A stretch of 64,000 nt of DNA from Eubacteriales bacterium (GTDB taxonomy: Bacteria; Bacillota; Clostridia; Christensenellales; UBA1750): positions 5,578 to 69,577 of the forward strand of contig JAVBLU010000042.1 of NCBI GenBank assembly GCA_031553225.1, in the 5' to 3' direction. The notes below the pieces were generated by a model, which saw nothing but the letters and a program-made list of their open reading frames with translations, ran no database searches and had not been told where the DNA came from. Every line of letters begins with the position of its first letter. Positions within the stretch are counted from its first letter, which is position 1. Below, in pieces: positions 7,793-16,530 of the stretch. A program made the translations under genes and the position numbers.

Positions 7793-8839
7793 CTACAGGC
7801 GGCGCAGCAGCACGGCCGGCATGTCCTTGATGGGCGATTGAACGTTCACCGCGCCGATGTCGAAGGCTACCTTGGGCATACCGTACACCACGCAGCTGCC
7901 TGCGTCCTGGCCGATGGTGTATGCGCCGGCCTGGCGCATCTTTAAAAGCCCCTGCGCGCCGTCCCCACCCATGCCCGTAAGGATCACGCCGATGGCGTTC
8001 TTGCCGCACGCGGCGGCCACCGAGTCAAACAGCACGTCCACGGACGGGCAGTGGCCGTTCACCCGCTCGCCGCTGAACGTTTCGGCAAACAGCTGCCCCT
8101 CGCGCCGCACCACGCGCATGTGCATGTTGCCCGGCGCTACCAGCACGTGCCCGGTCTGGATGGGCTGGCGCCCGCTGGCTTCCGCCACGGTGTGCGGCGT
8201 GTCGCGGTTCAGCCGCTCGGCATACATGGTGGTAAACCCCGGAGGCATGTGCTGCACGATCACCATGCCCGGCAGGCCGCCGGGCAGGTTTTTAAGGAGC
8301 GAGGCCGTGGCCTCGGTGCCGCCCGTGGACGCCCCGATGGCGATGATGCCGGAAAAACCGCTCCGTGCGGGGCCGGCAGCGCCCGCGGCAGGCGCGGGCG
8401 GGGAGATAGGCTGCTCGGACAGCGTCACAAAGCGGCTGCGCGTGGCGTGCGCCAAAATAAGGCGGGAAACGAGCTCCTGCCTGGTGCTCGGCAGCCCCGA
8501 GCGCATCAGGGCGTCCGGCCGCAGCAGCACCGCGTCCACGCCGCCGCCCAGGCGGCGCAGCTCCTCCACGGTTTTCTGCATCAGACACACGCCCAGCAGC
8601 TGCACGTTCTTCACAAAAGGAGAACGGGCGAAGGCGGCCATGGCGTCTCCGCTGGTGATGCCCTGCTCCACGATGACCACGACGTCCGTATTGAGGATCG
8701 GCTCGGTGGGCTCGCGCAAAGCAAAGCTGCGACCCACCACCAACAGGCGCGGTTCGTCGGAAATGAGTTCGATAATCGTGCCCGCGGGCGACGCGGTGGA
8801 ACCAATCACGAGCACCTTGATCTGCGCCGCTGCGGACAT
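7793..8839 (-). CDS. cheB: Chemotaxis methylesterase CheB with a degenerate receiver domain
   Basis: The esterase motifs are intact (IGASTGGTEA, VIVQHMPPGFT, LTGMGGDGAQG). The N-terminal receiver-like region lacks the acidic pocket (KVLVIGSTAS); see findings. Confidence 0.92.
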   Translation of the reverse strand: MSAAAQIKVLVIGSTASPAGTIIELISDEPRLLVVGRSFALREPTEPILNTDVVVIVEQGITSGDAMAAFARSPFVKNVQLLGVCLMQKTVEELRRLGGGVDAVLLRPDALMRSGLPSTRQELVSRLILAHATRSRFVTLSEQPISPPAPAAGAAGPARSGFSGIIAIGASTGGTEATASLLKNLPGGLPGMVIVQHMPPGFTTMYAERLNRDTPHTVAEASGRQPIQTGHVLVAPGNMHMRVVRREGQLFAETFSGERVNGHCPSVDVLFDSVAAACGKNAIGVILTGMGGDGAQGLLKMRQAGAYTIGQDAGSCVVYGMPKVAFDIGAVNVQSPIKDMPAVLLRRL

Positions 8840-8840
8840 C

Positions 8841-9671
8841 CTACGTCTCCTTCTGGTAGATGGAGGGACGCTTGTTGCGCATGCGGGTGGATATGCCCGT
8901 CAGCGTTTCCGAGTGCCCGATGATCAGGTATCCCCCCGGCTCCAACTGGTCGGCGAAGCGGTCCACGACGCCTTGCTTCGTGCGCTCGTCGAAATAGATC
9001 ATCACGTTCCGGCAGAAGATGACGTGAAACTTGCGCTTGAAGGGCGCGCACTGTTCCATCAGGTTGTACTCGCCAAACGCCACCTGCCGGCGCATCTGGT
9101 CGGTCACGCGCACGGTGTCCTCATCTATTTTGGTAAAATATTTGGTGCGAAAGCTGTCGGGAAGGCGCTGGAGCGACTCGCGCGCATAGATGCCCGTGCG
9201 CGCCAGCTGCAGCACGTGCGCGGAAATGTCCGTGGCCAAAACGGTGTGATCCCAGGCGCCGGGCACCCGGGCGAAGTAGTTGAGCAGCACCATGGCCAGC
9301 GTATAGGGTTCCTCGCCCGAGGAACATCCCGCGCTCCAGATGCGCAGGTCCCGGTCCTGGATGCGCGGCAGCCACTCGGGCAGAATCGTGTCGGTGAGGT
9401 AGGAGAAGTGCTGCTCCTCGCGCATAAAGTAGGTGTAGTTCGTGGTGAGGCGCGTGATGAGCAGCCCGGCCTCGGTGCCGGACCTGTCCGAGAGAGCATG
9501 GTCGATGTACGAGGTGAAGTCGCTGAACCCGCGGCGCTGAATCTGCACGCCCAAACGCCCTTCGATGAGCGTCTGTTTGCCCTCCAGATTGATGCCGTAG
9601 TTCGACTTCATGTAATCGACAAGCCGGCGGTAGTCGCGCTGGTCGATTTTTAGCTGGTCGTTCATGCTCAT
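8841..9671 (-). CDS. cheR: Chemotaxis methyltransferase CheR
   Basis: LRIWSAGCSSGEEPYTLAMVL and FHVIFCRNVMIYFD (SAM-binding CheR motifs), plus an N-terminal CheR helical domain. Confidence 0.95.
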   Translation of the reverse strand: MSMNDQLKIDQRDYRRLVDYMKSNYGINLEGKQTLIEGRLGVQIQRRGFSDFTSYIDHALSDRSGTEAGLLITRLTTNYTYFMREEQHFSYLTDTILPEWLPRIQDRDLRIWSAGCSSGEEPYTLAMVLLNYFARVPGAWDHTVLATDISAHVLQLARTGIYARESLQRLPDSFRTKYFTKIDEDTVRVTDQMRRQVAFGEYNLMEQCAPFKRKFHVIFCRNVMIYFDERTKQGVVDRFADQLEPGGYLIIGHSETLTGISTRMRNKRPSIYQKET

Positions 9672-9825
9672 GGTTTCTCCCTTCGCCCGAAGACAAGCGG
9701 CCGGATGCGTCTCCTCCGGCCGATAGAGCCCTTGTGCGGGGCCGCTTGCAGCGCCGGCTGCACCGCCTTAGGAAAAGCAAGGCGACCGACGCGGCCGCCT
9801 CGCTTCCACAGCGCTCATTCGTATG

Positions 9826-11667
9826 CTAGTATTTTCCAAACCCGCCGGGGGAAGCGGGCGCCTGCGCACTTTGCTGCTTGCCCGGCGCATGCGGCGCGTG
9901 CGCGGGCGCGCGGGGCGCAACATATCCGCCGGAGGGCAGGGCGCGCGTGGCTTTTCCGGCCGACAAGCGGTTGTCCTGACGCAGTTTGAACTGGCCGACC
10001 AGGTCGTTCATCACGTCGGCCTGGCTGGAGATCTCGTGCGAGGCGGAGGCGCTCTCCTCGGCTGTGGCGGAGTTGTTCTGCACCACCAGGGACACCTGCT
10101 CGATGCCTTTGTCGATCTGCCCGATGGCCAGAGCCTGCTCGTTGGAGGCGCGGGCGATTTGAGCGATGAGCTGGGCGGCCTCGTCGATACCGGACACGAT
10201 ATTCTCCAGCGACTGGTAGGTCTCGTTGGCGATCTCCACGCCCTCTTTGGCGCGGATGATCGAGTTGGAGATCATCTCGCTGGTCTCCTTGGCGGCCTCG
10301 GTGGTCTTGGTGGAGAGGTTTTTCACCTCTTCCGCCACAACCGCGAACCCGCGGCCGTGCTGGCCGGCGGAGGCGGCCTCGATGGAGGCGTTCAGGGCGA
10401 GGATGTTCGTTTGGAAGGCGATGTCCTTGATCGTCTCGATGATCTTGGCGATGGACCCGGACGCGGCGGATATCTCCTCCACGGCGTGCACCATGTGCTC
10501 CATCTGCTTCTCGCCCGTCTCCGCCGCGGTCTTAACCTTGTTGGCCAGCTGGTTGGCGGTCTCGGCGTTGTCGGCGTTGGCGCGCGTCTGCGCTGCCACC
10601 TGGGTGATGGAGGCGGAGAGCTGCTGTATGGCCGAGGCCTGCTCGGTGGTGCCCTGCGCCAGGGCCTGGCCGCCGTCGGCGATCTGGCGGGCGCCGGCCG
10701 ATACCTGGGTGGAGACCTGGTTGATGTTGCCGATGACCTCGTTCAGGCTTCCCACCATCGTGCTGATGGAATTGCCCATCGTGTCGCGCTCGCTGATCAC
10801 GTTCACGTCCATGGAGATGTCGCCCGAGGAGATGCGTTCCACCACGCTGGCGTTGCCGATGACCAGCTTCATAATCTGGGTAAAGGAAGCCACGGTTTGG
10901 CCTATTTCATCCTTGGCCTCGTACAGCATCTTATCGCCGCTGCCGGCGCCCGCGGCCAGGTTCCCCGTGTTGACGATCTCGTTGGCGACGGCAACGACGG
11001 CGCGCAGGGGTTTGGCGATGCAGGAGGTGACGTACAGAGCCAGGAAGATGCCGATAAGGACAAAGGCCCCAAGCATGATGAGTATGACGAGCAGGGCGTT
11101 GGCCGTCACCTGGTTCACCGCGTCGGCGCTTTGCCCGGCATCCCTCTCCAGCATGCCCGCAAGCGTTTCGATGGAGGCTGTGATCTGGTCGGTCTGCTCG
11201 GATACGCGCATCATGGTCGCGCGCAGGTCCGGGTCCGTGGAGACGGTCTTACCTTGCTTAACGCCGTCCAAAAGCTCAAAGATGGCGGTAAACTGCTTTT
11301 CCACGACGGGCTGGAGCACCTTGGCGATCTCCGCCGCATTGTCTTCGTCCATCTGCGCCCTCATGGCGGTCAGGCTGTCGGTCATGCTCTTTTGCACGGC
11401 CCGCTCCTCGGCGATCACCTGCTCGACGATCGCAGGCTGCAGCACCGCGTCGGTTACGCGGGAAGTGCACTCGCCGTAACTGTTTTGCAGCCTGACTAGC
11501 TCGGCCATGGGCACGGTGTGCCGCTCATAAAGCGCCGAGTCTTTTGCGCTCAGGGTGTTGATCTGCGTAATGGCGAGCACGCCGATGATGATGCTCCCGG
11601 CGATGAACAGACCGAAGGCGATGATCAGCTTCATGCTGACGGGGCGATTGCGAAACCATTTGTTCAT
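9826..11667 (-). CDS. Methyl-accepting chemotaxis protein (TM, 4-helix-bundle-like sensor, HAMP, signalling domain)
   Basis: Contains the highly conserved MCP hairpin ([37 protein letters not shown]). I trimmed the start to [11 protein letters not shown] (ATG at 11667), which has an AGGAGG SD. Confidence 0.93.
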   Translation of the reverse strand: MNKWFRNRPVSMKLIIAFGLFIAGSIIIGVLAITQINTLSAKDSALYERHTVPMAELVRLQNSYGECTSRVTDAVLQPAIVEQVIAEERAVQKSMTDSLTAMRAQMDEDNAAEIAKVLQPVVEKQFTAIFELLDGVKQGKTVSTDPDLRATMMRVSEQTDQITASIETLAGMLERDAGQSADAVNQVTANALLVILIMLGAFVLIGIFLALYVTSCIAKPLRAVVAVANEIVNTGNLAAGAGSGDKMLYEAKDEIGQTVASFTQIMKLVIGNASVVERISSGDISMDVNVISERDTMGNSISTMVGSLNEVIGNINQVSTQVSAGARQIADGGQALAQGTTEQASAIQQLSASITQVAAQTRANADNAETANQLANKVKTAAETGEKQMEHMVHAVEEISAASGSIAKIIETIKDIAFQTNILALNASIEAASAGQHGRGFAVVAEEVKNLSTKTTEAAKETSEMISNSIIRAKEGVEIANETYQSLENIVSGIDEAAQLIAQIARASNEQALAIGQIDKGIEQVSLVVQNNSATAEESASASHEISSQADVMNDLVGQFKLRQDNRLSAGKATRALPSGGYVAPRAPAHAPHAPGKQQSAQAPASPGGFGKY

Positions 11668-11725
11668 AGGGGCCGCTCCTCCTGATATTTCGCTTGGTAT
11701 GACCGGGCCGCCGATCTCCCCGCCG

Positions 11726-12259
11726 CTAGGCGCCGGCGCGCGTTTCCCCGGCGAAGTCCTCCATGGCAAAGCCGTCCTGCGACAAAAGGCGCATGCAGTC
11801 GATGAGCAGCACAGTGCGCTCGCCAACGCGGGCGATGTCCTTCAAGAACCGCTGATCGCCCGTGGCCGGACGCCGTGCCGGGGTGATCAGGTCGGAGGCG
11901 TCGATGGTGACCACCTCGTTCACCCCGTCCACTATGAGCCCCACCCACACGCCCGACACGATGACCATGATGACGCAGGTGTGGTCGGTGTAGGGCCGAA
12001 ACGGCATGCTGAAGCGCATGCGCACGTCCATCACCGGCACGATGCTGCCGCGCAGGCGCATCACGCCGCGGATGTTGTCGGGCATGCCGGGTACGGCGGT
12101 AATGCGCGATACGCCCACGATATCCTTCACGTAGCGGATCTCCAGGCCGTACACGCTCTCGTCGATGGAGAAGGTGAGGTGTTTGCCCTGCAGGGTGGTC
12201 TCCACGTCGTTCATCACAAGCGCGTCGCTGGTGCTCTCCTTGGTTTGCTGGTATGCCAA
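11726..12259 (-). CDS. cheW: Chemotaxis coupling protein CheW
   Basis: [54 protein letters not shown]. The start is ambiguous: the TTG at 12259 has GGAGGG 7 nt upstream, and the ORF-track start is a TTG at 12274. Confidence 0.88.
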   Translation of the reverse strand: MAYQQTKESTSDALVMNDVETTLQGKHLTFSIDESVYGLEIRYVKDIVGVSRITAVPGMPDNIRGVMRLRGSIVPVMDVRMRFSMPFRPYTDHTCVIMVIVSGVWVGLIVDGVNEVVTIDASDLITPARRPATGDQRFLKDIARVGERTVLLIDCMRLLSQDGFAMEDFAGETRAGA

Positions 12260-12302
12260 GCCTTTTCCCTCCAAACGGCGCCCCGCGCCTGACGTCTACC
12301 TC

Positions 12303-12761
12303 TTAAATGAACAGATCGAGCAAAAGCCCGCGTATGTCGTCGATGGCGTCCAGCACGCGCAGCTGCTCGGCCTGGCCCCGCAAAAACTCCTGGGCCATAT
12401 CGTCCAGGCGGGCGTTGATGCGGCGGACAACGGCAAACACGCGGTGTCGGCCGCGCGCGTCGAAGGAGCCCTGCCTGTGAAAGGCAAACGCATTATTGAC
12501 GGTTTCGTTGATCAGCCCTTGAATCATTTCGCGATACCGCGCAAACTCGGCCATGTCGGCCCGGCGCTTGAGCGTCTCCGCCTGTTCGGCGATAGCGGCG
12601 ATAAGGCTTTGGATGTGTGCGTCGTACTGTTCCTGGCCCAGCGTGGTGAGCTCGCGGCGGAACTCGCGCATGGGCTGGGCGGCGGGCGAAACCTCCTGAT
12701 GCCCGGGCGGAGCCGCGATGGGCGGCATGCCCTGGCGGAGCTGGTCGATGCGCATGGGCAT
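12303..12761 (-). CDS. DUF327/YaaR-like protein
   Basis: 152 aa, helical. The central and C-terminal pattern (EFARYREMIQGLINETVNNAF ... LDAIDDIRGLLLDLFI) resembles the YaaR/DUF327 family as I remember it. I could not confirm this by search. Confidence 0.55.
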   Translation of the reverse strand: MPMRIDQLRQGMPPIAAPPGHQEVSPAAQPMREFRRELTTLGQEQYDAHIQSLIAAIAEQAETLKRRADMAEFARYREMIQGLINETVNNAFAFHRQGSFDARGRHRVFAVVRRINARLDDMAQEFLRGQAEQLRVLDAIDDIRGLLLDLFI

Positions 12762-12824
12762 CCTGATGTGTCCTTCCTCGCGGCCGGCGCTTGCGGCCGG
12801 CCGATCCGTGCCGTTTGTGCTGCT

Positions 12825-13190
12825 TTAGTCGCGCCGGTCGATGTACATGCCCTCGCTTGTGATGGGCACGGGCGCGTACGCGCTGATGCTGCGGCTGGCC
12901 TGATTGCCCGAACGCGCGCGCTCCTGCGCGCTTTGCTGCAGATGCCGCGCCCGCGCGCCGATGGCGATGTCCAGCGCCGCGATCTCCTTGCCCGCGCCCG
13001 AGAGCTCCTCGGGGATGTCCTCCCGCGCAAGGCCGCTGCTTTGCAGGGCGGCAATGAGCGCGCCGCGCTCATCCACAAGCTCCAGCATACGCGCCATGTC
13101 GGCTTCCTCGGCCTGCAGCTGCGCCGCAAGCTGCCGCGACACGCTTAAAAGGCCCAGAAACGCGTTTTTTTGCGTCTCGTTCATCTGCAT
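12825..13190 (-). CDS. Small helical protein in the FliT position (putative flagellar export chaperone)
   Basis: ORF 12825..13247 trimmed to MQMNETQKNAF... (121 aa). Its ATG overlaps the fliS stop by 1 nt. The call rests on synteny (fliD-fliS-fliT) and a coiled, acidic sequence only. Confidence 0.4.
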   Translation of the reverse strand: MQMNETQKNAFLGLLSVSRQLAAQLQAEEADMARMLELVDERGALIAALQSSGLAREDIPEELSGAGKEIAALDIAIGARARHLQQSAQERARSGNQASRSISAYAPVPITSEGMYIDRRD

Positions 13191-13603
13191 CAGTCCTTCA
13201 GGGCAATGGTCGCATGATTGCTCTGATCGCGCGCGACCGTCACCCACGCCTCGCGCAGTTCGCCAAACATGGCGGTCAGGTCGGGCAGGCTCTCCTCCGA
13301 CTTGCTCATGTTGGCCTTCACCAGCTCGTGCAGGGCGAACTCGTACAGATCCAAAAGCTCGCGGGCGATGGGGTAGGTCATGTCAAGCGACATGGACAGC
13401 TCGCCCAAAATGTCCTGCGCGCGCTGAAAAGCGCTGTTCGCGCGCTGGATATCGTTCTCGCGGATGCCCATCTGCGCCAGCTGAATCTGCTTGAGCAGCC
13501 CGTCGTAGAGCATTACGACCAGGTCCGCGGGGCTGGCGGTCATCACGCCCTGCTTTTTATACTGCTGATAGGGGTTGACGGTGATCATCATGCTGTTTTG
13601 CAT
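13190..13603 (-). CDS. fliS: Flagellin-specific chaperone FliS
   Basis: NPYQQYKKQGVMTASPADLVVMLYDGLLKQI...AQDILGELSMSLD...LYEFALHELVKAN is a typical FliS four-helix bundle sequence. Confidence 0.92.
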   Translation of the reverse strand: MQNSMMITVNPYQQYKKQGVMTASPADLVVMLYDGLLKQIQLAQMGIRENDIQRANSAFQRAQDILGELSMSLDMTYPIARELLDLYEFALHELVKANMSKSEESLPDLTAMFGELREAWVTVARDQSNHATIALKD

Positions 13604-13621
13604 CTCCCAGCGCCCTTTCGC

Positions 13622-15226
13622 CTAATTGCCACCCAGCAGCTGCGTGATGTAGCCGGTCTGGGAAGAGAGCTTGGCGAGGGCGTCCTCCATTGCGGCGAAT
13701 TTGGCATACTGCCGGTCGCTCTCCGCCTTGTAGGCGGAGGCCAGATCGGAGAGCGTCTTGTCCATGCGCACCATGGACGACTCGATGACGGACTGGGCGT
13801 TGCCCTCGTTGTCGTTTAGGAACAGGCGCAGGCTCTCGTTTAAGCGGTGCACCAGGCCGGAGCCCTTCATGTCCAGCACGGGGTTTCCATTGACGTCCAG
13901 CTTATCGCTGTACTGGCGGCCGGCGAACATCTGGAACACCTCGTCGGGGTTCTCGGTGAGGCGCTTGCGCAGGGCAACCTCGTCAATGACGATCTGGCCG
14001 CCGTCCGTGTAATCGCTGGTGGTGGTCAGCCCGATGTCGGCCAGCGTCTTGCCCGTGGACCCAACCTTGGAGTAGAACTGGCCGCGCAGGTCGCTCATCA
14101 AATTCTGAAGGCTTCGGTCGTTGCGCAGAATGCCCTGCTTGGACAAATCCTCCCACTTGGTGATCTGTTCATCCGTCAGGGATGAGCGCTGATCCTGGGT
14201 GAGGGGCGGGTAGTTTTTGTTCACTTTTTCGTTGATCTTGTCGTTTAACGAGGCGATCATCTTGTTGTAGGCGGCCACATAGTTCTTGATGTTGTCCATC
14301 GCCTTGTCCACGTCCTGCTCGATGTGGAAATCGACGGACTTGTTCTGGGCGATCTCCTCGGCCGACATGGCGCGGTTCAGCTTAAAGGTGACCCCGTCCA
14401 GGGTGAAATTGTTGGAGTCGCGCTCCACCACCGTGCCGTTGATGTTTACGCGGGCCATGTGCCCGGTCTGCTGGGAGGAGCCGTCAATTTTGAAGGCGGC
14501 CAGGAACCCCGAGGCGTCGGAATCGATGGTGATCTGCCCGGCTGCGCCGACGGTCTTGGAGGCGATGGTCATCTTGTCGGTAAGCTGGCTGTAGCTCATG
14601 GTGACGCCGGCGTCCGAGCCGTTCACGCGCGAGATGACCGTGCCCAGCGTATCGCTGCCGCTGAAGGAGAAGGCCTTGCCGTTGATGGTGAAGCTGATGG
14701 GCGCGCCGTCGCTGTAGGCGCTGGCTCCGCCCGTGCCGGCCAGCTCGGCAATCTTGGAGAGGGATGTGCTCAGGGTGATCTCCGAGCCCAGGGGGTTGCC
14801 GTCCACGGCGCCCGAGGATACGTAGGCATTGCCGGTAGCCAGCTGCTCTACCTGCACGGAGAAGAATTGGCCGATCTGCGCGTCCGGCCCGGCGGTGATG
14901 GTGACGGCCGAGGACGCCCCGGCGGAATCCATCACGATCTTGTTCGTTTTATAATTGTAAGCCGAGGCCATGTTCTGGCTCTGCTTCAGCGTGGTGGACC
15001 AATCCTCGCGGAACGTGCGCATGGTGTTGTTGAGGTCGCGATACGCGTCGCGCTGCCAGGCCAGCTTCTGGTACGCCTGAAACTGCTTGTCGTACCTGGC
15101 CTGCGTGGCGGAGAGCGCCTTTTTGATGAGCGTCTCCGTATCCAGCCCGGAGAACATGCCGGTGAGCCGGTTGGAATTCTGCGCGTTGATCTGGCTGGAC
15201 AAAGACTGCGTGGCGTTCAGAGCCAT
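13622..15226 (-). CDS. fliD: Flagellar filament cap protein FliD
   Basis: 534 aa. N-terminal LTGMFSGLDTETLIKKALSATQARYDKQ and C-terminal YAKFAAMEDALAKLSSQTGYITQLLG. SD is GGGGGAGG. Confidence 0.9.
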   Translation of the reverse strand: MALNATQSLSSQINAQNSNRLTGMFSGLDTETLIKKALSATQARYDKQFQAYQKLAWQRDAYRDLNNTMRTFREDWSTTLKQSQNMASAYNYKTNKIVMDSAGASSAVTITAGPDAQIGQFFSVQVEQLATGNAYVSSGAVDGNPLGSEITLSTSLSKIAELAGTGGASAYSDGAPISFTINGKAFSFSGSDTLGTVISRVNGSDAGVTMSYSQLTDKMTIASKTVGAAGQITIDSDASGFLAAFKIDGSSQQTGHMARVNINGTVVERDSNNFTLDGVTFKLNRAMSAEEIAQNKSVDFHIEQDVDKAMDNIKNYVAAYNKMIASLNDKINEKVNKNYPPLTQDQRSSLTDEQITKWEDLSKQGILRNDRSLQNLMSDLRGQFYSKVGSTGKTLADIGLTTTSDYTDGGQIVIDEVALRKRLTENPDEVFQMFAGRQYSDKLDVNGNPVLDMKGSGLVHRLNESLRLFLNDNEGNAQSVIESSMVRMDKTLSDLASAYKAESDRQYAKFAAMEDALAKLSSQTGYITQLLGGN

Positions 15227-15306
15227 GAAGACAACCTCCCCCGCATGTGGCGCGGATTTGGACGGAACGAATCGTCCCGCATGTTCCTATACGTTGTTCG
15301 TACAAA

Positions 15307-15334
15307 GTATCGGCAGAATTCTTTGCACACTTTA
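15307..15334 (-). promoter_or_regulatory. Sigma-D (sigma-28)-type promoter upstream of fliD
   Basis: The reverse strand reads TAAA-gtgtgcaaagaattct-GCCGATAC, i.e. TAAA-N16-GCCGATA. The Bacillus sigma-D consensus is TAAA-N15-GCCGATAT. Confidence 0.6.
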
Positions 15335-15370
15335 GCGCCAAGCGCATTTCCGGCTGCCCGCGTTTGGGTT

Positions 15371-16516
15371 TTAGCGCGCGCTTCTGCCCCGGCGCGCGCC
15401 CGGGCGCTGCAGCCGCTCCTCGTACAAGCGCCTGACGGCGCCGCCCTCGTAAGGGATCAGCTCCACCCGGTACTCCACCTGTTCGTCGAAGTGCACCTGC
15501 GCCGCCCGGCAGAACTTGCGGCCCAGGCGGTCCAGCACGAGCAGGGCGGCGTCCTCTGCCGTCTCCCCCATCACAACGCCGATGCAGGTGGGGGTGAGCA
15601 GGCCGGTTGCGTCCGTCATGCGAAGCGACTGGCACAGCGTATGCCCGGCAAAGGCGGCGATGCGCTCCTCAAAGCCGCGGTTGGCGCAGAAAAAGCGCAC
15701 AAGCCCAATGCCGAAGGGGCGGCGGTAGCGCGTAAAGCGGTAGGCCTCAACGCCCGCCCGGTCGTAAAACTCCTCGCGGGGCAAAAGCCGCCCCGCCTCG
15801 CTGACGCTCCCCTCCTCGCGTATGTCGCGGGCCATGGCCGAGAGGTTGGCGTACCCCAGATAGACGCGGTACTCGCCCTCCTCTTTAACGGCAAACTTGA
15901 TATGCTCAAACTCGCTGACCGCGGAAGTGACCAGATTGCGCTCGGTGATGGTGATGAGGAAGCGGCGCGCCTCGCACGGCCCAAGCCCGTCCAGCTCCAC
16001 GCTGAGGAAAGCTTTGCTGGCCCCCAGGTGAAAGCCCTGCAGCTGATACAGCCGCGCCACGCCCTCCTGCCACACGCGAAAGCTCTCCGGCGAAGAGCGC
16101 CGCCGGTCGGCCGAGCACAAAAGCGCGTACGCCCGGTCGTATTCCGCCTGCATCAGGCAGGAAAAATACTGCGTCATCAGCGCGCGGGCCGCGTCCACGA
16201 TGGGCGCGGAGGGGCGCGCCGCCATGCGGTTGTGCAGCGTCCAGGTGCGCGTATACTGCGCGCGCTTCTCGGGGTTTTTGAGCACCGAGTAGGCGATGTT
16301 CAGCTCGGACATGCGCGCCTGCGCGTCCGGTTCGTGACACACGTCCGGATGGTAGCGCTTGCACAGCGCGCGGTACGCCCGCTCCACCTCGCTCTGTTCC
16401 GTGTCGCAGGAAACGTTTAATATATTGTAGTAATCGACGAACGCGACCGTGTGAGGCCCCTCCTCGCAGGGATTGTACTTGTGGTTGATTATACCACGGC
16501 CCCGCCCTGGTTTCAA
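15371..16516 (-). CDS. J-domain (DnaJ-like) protein with an NTF2-like middle region and a degenerate GGDEF-like C-terminal domain; start uncertain
   Basis: This is the C-terminal part of the 760-aa track ORF. It contains DYYNILNVSCDTEQSEVERAYRALCKRYHPDV...YSVLKNPEKRAQY (J-domain with HPD). The only canonical in-frame start near the J-domain is the TTG at 16516; see findings. Confidence 0.75.
   Translation of the reverse strand: MKPGRGRGIINHKYNPCEEGPHTVAFVDYYNILNVSCDTEQSEVERAYRALCKRYHPDVCHEPDAQARMSELNIAYSVLKNPEKRAQYTRTWTLHNRMAARPSAPIVDAARALMTQYFSCLMQAEYDRAYALLCSADRRRSSPESFRVWQEGVARLYQLQGFHLGASKAFLSVELDGLGPCEARRFLITITERNLVTSAVSEFEHIKFAVKEEGEYRVYLGYANLSAMARDIREEGSVSEAGRLLPREEFYDRAGVEAYRFTRYRRPFGIGLVRFFCANRGFEERIAAFAGHTLCQSLRMTDATGLLTPTCIGVVMGETAEDAALLVLDRLGRKFCRAAQVHFDEQVEYRVELIPYEGGAVRRLYEERLQRPGARRGRSAR
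16488..16516 (-). promoter_or_regulatory. Near-consensus sigma-A promoter upstream of the J-domain gene
   Basis: The reverse strand reads TTGAAA-17 nt-TATAAT with an extended TG (TGgTATAAT). It lies in the gap after the FlhB-C-like gene, and GAGGAGGGG follows about 25 nt downstream. Confidence 0.55.
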
Positions 16517-16530
16517 AGCCGGGCGCGGGA

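Noticed and set aside
9823-11499. Plus-strand ORFs antisense to the first MCP (558 aa and 417 aa), with analogous ORFs at 44217..46177 antisense to the second MCP
   Set aside because: The MCP frames carry the invariant signalling hairpin. The antisense frames are a by-product of the repetitive Ala/Gln/Glu-rich coiled-coil coding sequence.
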